The translations under genes were made by a program, and so were the position numbers. Of a stretch of 35,609 nt of DNA, positions 27,422 to 35,609 are shown piece by piece. How positions within the stretch are numbered: position 1 is the stretch's first letter; each line of letters opens with the position of its first letter. Source of the stretch: Vulcanisaeta sp. UBA163 (GTDB lineage: Archaea > Thermoproteota > Thermoprotei > Thermoproteales > Thermocladiaceae); assembly GCA_002496475.1 (NCBI GenBank), contig DAJV01000078.1, positions 2,869 to 38,477 on the forward strand, read 5' to 3'. The notes under the pieces were generated by a model. The model was not told the origin of the DNA. It ran no database searches and worked only from the letters and a program-made list of their open reading frames with translations.

Positions 27422-27484
27422 TCACTTCTTTTCTGTCTTCTCTTCCTTCTTCTCTCCTTCCTTCTTCTTGGACTTCTTAGACAT
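27422..27484 (-). CDS. Putative 20-aa Lys/Glu-rich micropeptide MSKKSKKKEGEKKEEKTEKK
   Basis: ATG...TGA frame in which all 10 Lys codons are AAG; TTTATAA box (27511-27517, minus strand) upstream and T-rich tract (27362-27377) downstream. Confidence 0.55.
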   Translation of the reverse strand: MSKKSKKKEGEKKEEKTEKK

Positions 27485-27752
27485 ACTACCTTGGCTTTAT
27501 TTTATGTTCCTTATAAAGGTTGCAACCAAATTTGAGGCATAAAAGTTAGATTGCAGTGGGTTTTTGTATTTCGTTCTATCATTACGTGCTTAATAAAGTA
27601 GTGTTTCTCCTATTTCGTAAGTCCTTATGTGGATTTTTATGAATTTTGTGACATTAAACCGTTGATTAATGCCTCTTATTTTCTTGTGTTCTCTTTCTCT
27701 TTTATCCATTTAGTTAATTAATGCTTTATGATTTATTGCCCTAAAGGCCATT

Positions 27753-28280
27753 ATGCTTAGTGACTTTTTAAGGAGAAACTGGTATTGGGTTTTGGGTATT
27801 CTAGTGTCTCTTTTCTTGTTTATAATAAATCCGGTGTTGTTTGTAATAGTACTTGTTGCAATTCTAGCTATTTATTTTCTTGTTTTTAGACGTAGAAAGC
27901 CTAGGGAAAGTACAAAGGATACCACTACAACAGTTAGGATACTGAGGAGTTATGCCGTTGGTAGTGCCAGTGATGTGAGGTTAAGTAAGGTTTGTTTTAG
28001 TATTGGTGTTGGTGATGGTATTATTCGTGTTAGTGATAGGTGGGTCTCGGCATTGTCCATTAGTACCCTGGATTTATCCATACTGCGTGAGGTTCTTAAT
28101 CTTGGAGCTATTATTAGTGATGGTAATAGTCATTACTTGGTTATCTATGGTGATAATATTGATGATGTATTCGTTAGGCTCAACACGGCGGTTGAGCTAT
28201 TCAGGTCCAGAAATGTGTTATTTAGGCAGTTATCATCATCTGAATTAATTAAGAAGGTGATTTTCAGATGGATGAGTTAA
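27753..28280 (+). CDS. Membrane-anchored hypothetical protein
   Basis: N-terminal hydrophobic hairpin followed by RRRK and a soluble alpha/beta domain. Confidence 0.75.
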   Translation: MLSDFLRRNWYWVLGILVSLFLFIINPVLFVIVLVAILAIYFLVFRRRKPRESTKDTTTTVRILRSYAVGSASDVRLSKVCFSIGVGDGIIRVSDRWVSALSISTLDLSILREVLNLGAIISDGNSHYLVIYGDNIDDVFVRLNTAVELFRSRNVLFRQLSSSELIKKVIFRWMS

Positions 28281-28651
28281 GTGAGAGGGGTAGGGAGTTG
28301 CTTAGGAGGGTTTTGAGCAGGGGTAGGGTTGCCTATGACTCATTGAGTGAGGATGAGAGAAGAGCCGTTGATGAACTGGTGAAACTTGGCTATGTGAAGT
28401 TATACCTTGAGCTAAATAGTGGGAGAATTGCTGATGCACTGAGGGTAGTTGGTTACAGTGGCGTTATCCACCGTAAATTCAGGCGTAATTACCTATGTCT
28501 TGCCCTGGCGCTGGTGGTGCCATTAGTACTACTGTACCTTTCAATAAGGTCCTTCACTATGGGTTACGCACCTGTTGGTATATTCTTCCTGCTAATTGAC
28601 GTTGGTATTACATACATAGCCTACCTACTGTTACGTAAGCACTGCTTTTAG
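28268..28651 (+). CDS. Hypothetical protein, wHTH-like N-terminus plus two C-terminal TM helices
   Basis: RRAVDELVKLGYVK winged-helix-like pattern; two hydrophobic segments; overlaps the upstream gene. Confidence 0.72.
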   Translation: MDELSERGRELLRRVLSRGRVAYDSLSEDERRAVDELVKLGYVKLYLELNSGRIADALRVVGYSGVIHRKFRRNYLCLALALVVPLVLLYLSIRSFTMGYAPVGIFFLLIDVGITYIAYLLLRKHCF

Positions 28652-28673
28652 TGTAATTGATTTTAAATGGAGG

Positions 28674-30035
28674 TTAGATCCTGAGTATCCTAATACTATA
28701 GTCATTATACGTGTCTATGACCCCATGGGTCAGAAGGACAAGGTCACCCTTAGCTATTGAACCGCTCCTTATTAATTGATTCAAGGTTTCCCGCTCACCC
28801 TCATCATAATCCTTAATATCCCCGATGAATATAGGTTCCACACCCCAATAAAGCCTTAACCTTCTAAGTATCTTTTCATCGCTAACGCCAACGTATGTGG
28901 GCACCTTAGGTCTATACCTGGATATTGCCTCGACGAACCTGCCACCCCTTGAGTAAATAACTATCTTCGCCCCAATATCCTCAGCCAATTGTACAATACC
29001 CAGGGCAAGCCTATCAGTTAGATTCACCATGACTTCCCTATTAACGTGTACCTCATCCTCATACTCACCGGCAACCCTCCTCAACCACTGCACGGCATCA
29101 ATGGGGTACTTACCCACAGCAGTTTCGCCCGTCAGTAATAATGAGTCCACGCCTTCTATTACGGCATTCGTTATATCCACGACCTCGGCCCTAGTGGGCA
29201 CAGGTTGCTCGATCATAGACTCCAATAATTGCGTGGCAACCATCACGGGTTTACCGCACTTCTGCGACTCCCTAATTATTGAACTTTGTATCCTCGGTAT
29301 CTCCTCCAGGTCAAAGTGCATTCCAAGATCACCCCTAGCCACCATCACATAATCACTTGCGCAAACGACATCCTTCATGTTCCTAACGGCGTCTGGACCC
29401 TCAATCTTAGCCACAAGTCTCACCCAATCACCGCCAATCCTTCTTAATTCCGCTCTAACCTCCTCGACATCATCAGAGTTCCTAACATGGCTCACGCCCA
29501 CGTAATCCATGTCAATGCTCACAGCGAACTTGAGGGCCTCTCTATCATAATCATCAAGTATTGGTATTGGGTAATCCTTACCCTTAATTACTATGGCCTT
29601 TTCCTGCATTATGGTTCCAGAGGTTAATGCCGTGAGGATCGCCCTATTTCCAGAAACCTTTTCTACGCGTAGTCTTAACCTGCCGTCATTCATGACTATT
29701 ACGTCATCAATCGTTATCACCCTAAAGAATGAGGAATTGGGTACTGGTACAAAGTTACCACCGGACTTATCATCAAGCCTAAACTCAATGGAATCACCTG
29801 TATTAATCGTAATGGGTCTCATATCCCCTGTCCTAATGCCTGGTCCTCTTAGGTCACCTAGTACTGTGATGTCACTCCTAAATTCCCTGGCACTCATCAC
29901 CCTGGTTCTCCATTCCTCAGTGTTGCCGTGTGAGAAGTTTATTCTAATTCCATCAATATACTTAATTAGTTCCCTCAATGTATCGGGTTTCTCCGAGGCG
30001 GGGCCAATTGTTGCGACGATCTTTACCTTACCCAC
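28674..30035 (-). CDS. pyk: Pyruvate kinase
   Basis: KIVATIGPAS, RINFSHG, AKIE, MVARGDLG, ATQLLESM, PTRAEVVD, GETAVGKYP. GTG at 30035 fits the TATA spacing. Confidence 0.97.
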   Translation of the reverse strand: MGKVKIVATIGPASEKPDTLRELIKYIDGIRINFSHGNTEEWRTRVMSAREFRSDITVLGDLRGPGIRTGDMRPITINTGDSIEFRLDDKSGGNFVPVPNSSFFRVITIDDVIVMNDGRLRLRVEKVSGNRAILTALTSGTIMQEKAIVIKGKDYPIPILDDYDREALKFAVSIDMDYVGVSHVRNSDDVEEVRAELRRIGGDWVRLVAKIEGPDAVRNMKDVVCASDYVMVARGDLGMHFDLEEIPRIQSSIIRESQKCGKPVMVATQLLESMIEQPVPTRAEVVDITNAVIEGVDSLLLTGETAVGKYPIDAVQWLRRVAGEYEDEVHVNREVMVNLTDRLALGIVQLAEDIGAKIVIYSRGGRFVEAISRYRPKVPTYVGVSDEKILRRLRLYWGVEPIFIGDIKDYDEGERETLNQLIRSGSIAKGDLVLLTHGVIDTYNDYSIRILRI

Positions 30036-30200
30036 GATTATGGTTCCGTGATTCAATATATAAACCTTAGGAGAACACTGGGTTTAACTGGGTTTTCTCT
30101 AGTGGATTGAGGTTCAAGCTCGGAGTAAATACAATGAACCACCTAGTAATACTTATGTGGATCTCTGTCTCTTAGGGATTAAGGTATTTGGTGATTTGCA

Positions 30201-31064
30201 TTGCCTAGGCTTGATGTTCCTCCACGTATAGGGCTACGAGGAGGATCAGCAGTGCTTCAATGGGGAAACGAGGAATTTGAAATACCTAAGCTCAAGCATG
30301 GTGTCCTGTTTCTAATGAGTGGGTATGTGGGCTCGCAGATCCATGGTTGCGAGTATAGACTACACCTTGATTATATGAGGGGTAGGATTGTTAATGACAG
30401 TATAATTGATGGCCTTCAGGAGCATTCAAGGCAGCTCGGGGTGAATGAGGAGGGACTTGGGCTTGAGCTTGGTTGGAACCCGGTCATAGTGAACCGTGGC
30501 GAGGAGGGCGTTTATTTCTTTAATTCTAAAATGAATAACTGGATTGGTCGTGTAGATTTTGGAAAACCGTTTGTTCAGGAGGTGTCGCTTGTAATGATTA
30601 GGAGGAACGTGCCAATACTCGGTCTTCCTGACCTAATTATAAACCTTGACGGTAAGCCCGCGTACATAATAGAATTAAAGACGACGAGTAATCCAGCGAA
30701 CATAAGGACCATTAGGGGTAGGGAGGCATTGCAGTGCGAGTCCTATTTTCACATGGTGAATTACCTGGGGTTTAAACCACGGGGTGCTGCCATTATAAAG
30801 ATTGTTAGGGGTTCGGAATTCCGAATAATTGATAATATCGACTTAATAATTAAGCGCCTAGAAGATGATGAAGGTTCGGTTCAGTTAATGAAATATGTTA
30901 CCATTCACAGGATTAGGGTTAGGGAGTTCAATGACTTTCTTAGGGATGTGGATTACGCACTTGAGTACTGGCTCGGACTTAGAAATCCTAAGGCATCACC
31001 AAATAGGGGCCTTTGTTCCTTTTGTGAGCATAGGGGGTATTGCCCATACAGCGTTGTTAGGTGA
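30201..31064 (+). CDS. Cas4-like PD-(D/E)XK exonuclease with 4-Cys Fe-S staple (solo, no CRISPR context)
   Basis: N-terminal C (IHGCEY), GLPD, IIELKT, QCESY (QxxxY) and C-terminal CSFCEHRGYC. Confidence 0.85.
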   Translation: MPRLDVPPRIGLRGGSAVLQWGNEEFEIPKLKHGVLFLMSGYVGSQIHGCEYRLHLDYMRGRIVNDSIIDGLQEHSRQLGVNEEGLGLELGWNPVIVNRGEEGVYFFNSKMNNWIGRVDFGKPFVQEVSLVMIRRNVPILGLPDLIINLDGKPAYIIELKTTSNPANIRTIRGREALQCESYFHMVNYLGFKPRGAAIIKIVRGSEFRIIDNIDLIIKRLEDDEGSVQLMKYVTIHRIRVREFNDFLRDVDYALEYWLGLRNPKASPNRGLCSFCEHRGYCPYSVVR

Positions 31065-31947
31065 TTCTCGGTAATGAAAGCAGTAATATCACGCACACAT
31101 ATATTATTGGCGTTATTATTAATAATATTAGTAGGGAGGGTATAAACGCATAGATAAGGCCTAGAAATGCCTCAATAATTGTTAGCCAAGCCCACGTTGT
31201 CCTAAATGCCTTGCCCAAGCACGCCACATGGCCAAAGAGATGTGGACAGTTAACCACCTTTCTTAGGTTCGTATTTACGGAACCCTCAATAATCCTAACC
31301 TCGCCATTAACCTGAATACCTGCATGGGCCAATAGCTTTAGTAACGATGTGGAGTATTTAGTGAAACTAACGCCGTTATGAAATAATAGGTCTATCCTGA
31401 TCCTCCTCACTATCTCTGCAAGGCTCATTGACTGGGTAAGCCCTTCACCAAGTTCTGAGGCAAGGGTCCTTTTAATGCTGAGGAAATTAACCATGCCTAT
31501 TGGTTCACCGGTCCTTGTGTCAAAGGGCGATATTGAGCCACCAGGTAATTCAAGAGATGATGGGTATGGCACCAACACATCCGTGATCCCCATACCATCA
31601 TCACTCACGGCAAGGTTGAGCAGCCTAATGCTTGGTGCGAAATCCATTATTCTCCAAGTATTGCTCAATGAAGGTACGTAGTCCCTAAAGAATTGTATTA
31701 CGGACTTATCATCTTTAACAAAATACATCGTTACATACGCATAAAAACCCTTTGATAATACTGTTACTTGTCTCAATGCATTCATTATGATTAAATCCAT
31801 GGATAATGGGCAAGAATCACCCGTGCGGGAATGCCTTGTTATTTCATGAATAATCAAGGTTCTGTCTCTCAATCCAATTATTGATACAATGAGCAGTATT
31901 ACGAAGATTATGATTCCAATTATGAATTGATTTATTGAATATATCAT
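31057..31947 (-). CDS. Hypothetical membrane protein
   Basis: One N-terminal and two C-terminal hydrophobic helices around a soluble domain of about 220 aa. Confidence 0.72.
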   Translation of the reverse strand: MIYSINQFIIGIIIFVILLIVSIIGLRDRTLIIHEITRHSRTGDSCPLSMDLIIMNALRQVTVLSKGFYAYVTMYFVKDDKSVIQFFRDYVPSLSNTWRIMDFAPSIRLLNLAVSDDGMGITDVLVPYPSSLELPGGSISPFDTRTGEPIGMVNFLSIKRTLASELGEGLTQSMSLAEIVRRIRIDLLFHNGVSFTKYSTSLLKLLAHAGIQVNGEVRIIEGSVNTNLRKVVNCPHLFGHVACLGKAFRTTWAWLTIIEAFLGLIYAFIPSLLILLIITPIIYVCVILLLSLPRIT

Positions 31948-32072
31948 TACTTAGTAATAATCGCATTCTCTTTTTAAATTATTTTATCATATTCCTTCAG
32001 CACTAATTTATAATGGTTTATCATTGTAAATAAAGCATAAAGTTTATAAATTATAATATGCGGCATTTGTCG

Positions 32073-32513
32073 ATGAACTTTACCGTTGATAAAATAATAA
32101 AGAGGGAACCGTTTATAATAAATGGAAACGCCAACATTAAGGATGCGATTAACACAATGAGTAAGGAGAATATAGGACTACTTGTTATTGTTAATGATGC
32201 TGGTAAGCCAATTGGAGTTATCTCCGAGAGGGATATAATCAGGGCGTTAGCCCGTGGTAAGGACCTAAATACCAAGGTTACCGAGGTTGGCGTGGTGGGA
32301 AGGCTAGTAACGGTAAGCCCTAGTGACAGCATTTACAGGGCTGCATTATTGATGAATGACCACAAAATAAGGCATTTAGTGGTTATGGATGGGGATAAAT
32401 TACGCGGCGTTATCTCCATTAGAGACATAATTAGTGAGGAGAGGATTATTTCGAGATTTGCCGAGCTAGCTGAAGCCAAGGCTATTGATGCTGAGATCAG
32501 TGGCGCTGACTGA
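32073..32513 (+). CDS. CBS domain pair protein
   Basis: Two CBS repeats (IGVISERDIIR; IRHLVV...GVISIRDI). ATG at 32073 fits the TTTATAAA spacing. Confidence 0.93.
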   Translation: MNFTVDKIIKREPFIINGNANIKDAINTMSKENIGLLVIVNDAGKPIGVISERDIIRALARGKDLNTKVTEVGVVGRLVTVSPSDSIYRAALLMNDHKIRHLVVMDGDKLRGVISIRDIISEERIISRFAELAEAKAIDAEISGAD

Positions 32514-32570
32514 AAGGTTTAATAAGGTAATAGTAATTATTAAAAATGATGAGTATTCTTAGGAAGTGAA

Positions 32571-35500
32571 ATGGAGGAATTTAAGTCGAAGGCTGAAGAG
32601 TTATATGGCGATTTCCTGAGGGAGGTTAGGGAAATTGAGAAGAAATGGCAAAGGGAATGGTACGAGAGGGGTGTCTTTAATGCTGACCCGATACTCAATA
32701 AGCCTAAGTACTTCATTACTGTGCCATACCCATACGTATCAGGTTCGCCGCACATCGGACATGGCAGGACCTTCACGATAGGCGACATAATAGCCAGGTA
32801 CAAAAGGGCCAGGGGCTTCAATGTATTATTCCCAATAGCATGGCACATAACAGGTACGCCGATACAGTCAGTGGCTGATAGGATAATGAAGGGTGACCCG
32901 GAGGATATAAGGCTCTATTCCTGGTACGTGAGTCTGTACATAGATGATCCCAGTAAGGTTAAGGAAGTATTGGGTACATTTACGAATCCCTGGAACATAG
33001 CTAAATTCTTCGCCTCAGTTTATATCAGGGATTTTATGTCCATGGGTTATTCCATGGATTTCAGGAGGCAGTTCACGACTGGTGACCCGGACTATAATGC
33101 ATTCATTATTTGGCAGTACTACAAGCTGAGGGAGACCGGTTATATAACACAGGGTAGCCACGTAGTGCTCTACTCACCTGATGAGAACCAGGCAGTGGGT
33201 GAACACGATATTAGGGGTGGGGATGAAATAACGATTGATATACTTGAATTCAACCTAGTGAAGTTCAACCTAGAGGGTTCCAATGAGTACCTAGTTGCGG
33301 CTACGTTAAGGCCTGAGACCATTTACGGTATCACGAATGTGTGGGTCCACCCAAACATTGATTATGTAATTGCCAACATCAATGGCGAGAGGTGGGTAGT
33401 GTCGAAACCAGCGGCTTGGAAATTAAGCTACCAGGGCTATGATGTTAAGGTGATAGGTTCGATACGCGGTGAGGAATTAATAGGTAAGTATGTGGTAGCG
33501 CCGCTCATTAATAGGAGGGTGCCCATACTACCTGCGTCCTTTGTTGATGAGAACACAGGCACCGGCATTGTCTATAGTGTGCCTGCCCACGCGCCATATG
33601 ACTACGTAGCCCTAATGGATCTCAAGAGGGATGAGAAAACGTTAAGTAGGTATGGCATTAAGGAGTTAGTTGAGTCCATAGAGCCTATAAGCATTATTAA
33701 ATTGCCGAATTACGGTAAGTATCCGGCTAAGGATGCAATTGAGAAACTGGGTGTTAAGGATCAAAGTGATAGGGAGAAGCTTGATGAGGCAACCAGAATT
33801 GTGTACAGGGAGGAGTTCTACAACGGTACTATGAAGGAGAATACATTATTCCCTGGGTTAAGTGTTAATGAGGCTAGGGAGAGGACGATAAAGGCACTGA
33901 GCGAGCAGGGTGCATGGGGTAAGATATATGAATTGGAGCCTAGGAAAGTATTTACGAGAAGCGGCAACCCTGTGATTGCCGCGGTAATTAAGGACCAGTG
34001 GTTCCTTAATTATGGCAATCCTGAGTGGAAGACCAAGGCATTTAAGTGCCTGGGCTCCATGAGGATAATACCCGAGAGGTACAGAAAGAACTTTGAGGGC
34101 ATTTTTAATTGGTTGTCCATGAGGCCGTGCGCCAGGAAAAGAGGGCTAGGTACTAGATTGCCCTGGGACCCTGACTGGATCATTGAGTCCTTAAGTGACT
34201 CAACAATATACATGGCCTATTACACAATTGCGCACAGGATTAAATCAAGTGGTCTCGATAAAAGGCTTGGTGACTTCGCCAAGCGTGTGGTAGAGAGTAG
34301 GGGGACAGATAGTGAGTCGCTGAATGCAATAATGGCCTTCTTTAACTACGTATTCTTAGGCAAGGGTGATCCGGGTAATGTGGCTGAGCTATTCGATGTT
34401 GACAGGGAGTTTATTGAGGGCATGAGGAGGGAATTTGATTATTGGTACCCTGTTGATGAGAGGCATAGCGGGCCTGACTTAATTGGTAGCCACCTAAGCT
34501 TCTTTGTATTTCACCATGTAGCGATATTCCCAGAGAAGCACTGGCCGAGATCGATGACTTTCAATGAATACGTTATTAGGGAGGGCATGAAGATGAGTAG
34601 GTCACTGGGCAACGTCCTTCCATTACCCTACATACCCAAGCACTACAGTACTGATTTGACAAGGTTATACCTAGCCTCGGTTACAGATTTAGACGCCACA
34701 CTTGATTGGAGGGAGGATGATGTAGCCAGCACAGCAGGTAGGTTAATGAGGTTCTGGAGCCTCGTTAATGGTATAATTAAGGAGGGCAAGCCGTCTAGGG
34801 GGATTGATATTAAGCATTCATCGATAGTTACGCAGTGGTTGATCTCCAAGGTGAATAAGGCAATACGTGATTCAACAATTGATATGGAAAATGAGAACAT
34901 AAGGGGTTACTCACTTAAGGCGTTTTTCGACATACTCTCATCGGTTGAGAAATACCTGGATATTACCAATGCGATAGGTATTAACAAAGATGAAATAAAG
35001 TGGGTTCTTTGGTATGTCATTGAGCGTTGGGTCAAACTACTGCAACCAGTCATACCACACATGGCTGAGGAACTATGGCATAGAATGGGCAATAATACCT
35101 TCATTTCACTTGAACCCTGGCCTGAGTATGAAGAGGCATTAATAAATGACGAGTTAGACGTAGCGCTGGACCTGATTGAGAGAGCCATAGAGGATGTTCA
35201 GGAAATCCTTAGGGTTACTAAGATAACGCCAAGGGCAGTGCACCTATACGTTGGTCCACCCAATGAGTACTACCAAGTAGTTAATGAGACTATTAGGTTA
35301 ATTAATGAGGGTAAGACGATGGGTGAAACAATAAGGGCTATTGTCAGTAAACCAGAGTATAGGCGCATGGCAGATAGGGTGGCTAACCTAGTCTCTAAGG
35401 TTGTTGATGGGACGATACCGAGGAGGATAGTAAGTAGGGAGATGGAGCTAAGGGTCTTCAGGGAATTGAGCAATTACATTAGGTCCAGGATCGGCACTGA

Positions 35501-35609
35501 GGTGGTTGTTCAAGACGCGACAAGCCCAACTTACGACCCAAGCAATAGGGCCAGGAACTCACTGCCCGGTAGACCCGCCATACATGTGGAGGCCCTGAAG
35601 GAAGATTAA
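32571..35609 (+). CDS. leuS: Leucine--tRNA ligase (archaeal/eukaryal type)
   Basis: PYPYVSGSPHIGH, ATLRPET, GTGIVYSVPAHAPYD editing domain, IESLSDSTIY, KMSRS, C-terminal PGRPAI. Confidence 0.97.
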   Translation: MEEFKSKAEELYGDFLREVREIEKKWQREWYERGVFNADPILNKPKYFITVPYPYVSGSPHIGHGRTFTIGDIIARYKRARGFNVLFPIAWHITGTPIQSVADRIMKGDPEDIRLYSWYVSLYIDDPSKVKEVLGTFTNPWNIAKFFASVYIRDFMSMGYSMDFRRQFTTGDPDYNAFIIWQYYKLRETGYITQGSHVVLYSPDENQAVGEHDIRGGDEITIDILEFNLVKFNLEGSNEYLVAATLRPETIYGITNVWVHPNIDYVIANINGERWVVSKPAAWKLSYQGYDVKVIGSIRGEELIGKYVVAPLINRRVPILPASFVDENTGTGIVYSVPAHAPYDYVALMDLKRDEKTLSRYGIKELVESIEPISIIKLPNYGKYPAKDAIEKLGVKDQSDREKLDEATRIVYREEFYNGTMKENTLFPGLSVNEARERTIKALSEQGAWGKIYELEPRKVFTRSGNPVIAAVIKDQWFLNYGNPEWKTKAFKCLGSMRIIPERYRKNFEGIFNWLSMRPCARKRGLGTRLPWDPDWIIESLSDSTIYMAYYTIAHRIKSSGLDKRLGDFAKRVVESRGTDSESLNAIMAFFNYVFLGKGDPGNVAELFDVDREFIEGMRREFDYWYPVDERHSGPDLIGSHLSFFVFHHVAIFPEKHWPRSMTFNEYVIREGMKMSRSLGNVLPLPYIPKHYSTDLTRLYLASVTDLDATLDWREDDVASTAGRLMRFWSLVNGIIKEGKPSRGIDIKHSSIVTQWLISKVNKAIRDSTIDMENENIRGYSLKAFFDILSSVEKYLDITNAIGINKDEIKWVLWYVIERWVKLLQPVIPHMAEELWHRMGNNTFISLEPWPEYEEALINDELDVALDLIERAIEDVQEILRVTKITPRAVHLYVGPPNEYYQVVNETIRLINEGKTMGETIRAIVSKPEYRRMADRVANLVSKVVDGTIPRRIVSREMELRVFRELSNYIRSRIGTEVVVQDATSPTYDPSNRARNSLPGRPAIHVEALKED

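Noticed and set aside
8065-30035. pckG, eno and pyk as a PEP-node gene cluster
   Set aside because: They are separated by many unrelated genes and differ in orientation, so they do not form an operon.
30057-32057. CRISPR array or cas operon near the Cas4-like gene
   Set aside because: No regularly spaced repeats and no other cas genes seen.
32073-32513. CBS protein as a ribosome hibernation factor
   Set aside because: Only a single CBS pair, and nothing distinguishes it from the many generic CBS proteins of crenarchaea.

Overview
Core chromosomal segment of a hyperthermophilic crenarchaeon, most likely Thermoproteaceae (Vulcanisaeta-like). This is inferred from archaeal-type informational genes, AGG/AAG/ATA codon preference, TATA-led short-leader genes and a shortened type T RNase P RNA. 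About 33 CDS are mostly housekeeping: upp, ThiF/MoeB-like E1, DHH phosphoesterase, DEAD-box helicase, GTP-PEPCK, nnr, eno-rps2-MEMO1, trm10-rpl34e-cmk, thioredoxin, glnA-amt, aIF2-gamma with PIN, pyk, a solo Cas4-like nuclease and leuS. The most interesting signals lie outside the ORF track: (1) two box C/D guide sRNAs, one whose two guides both fit archaeal tRNA-Gln (wobble U34 and the acceptor/CCA end); (2) a type T RNase P RNA lacking the S domain; (3) a 20-aa Lys/Glu micropeptide gene with its own TATA box and terminator, convergent on the RNase P RNA; (4) a decayed HEPN-MNT toxin-antitoxin pair at the 3' end of tRNA-Lys; (5) perfect operator-like palindromes upstream of eno and of an unknown 120-aa gene. 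No CRISPR array, integrase or transposase was seen. All homology calls are from motif recognition by eye, not database searches.
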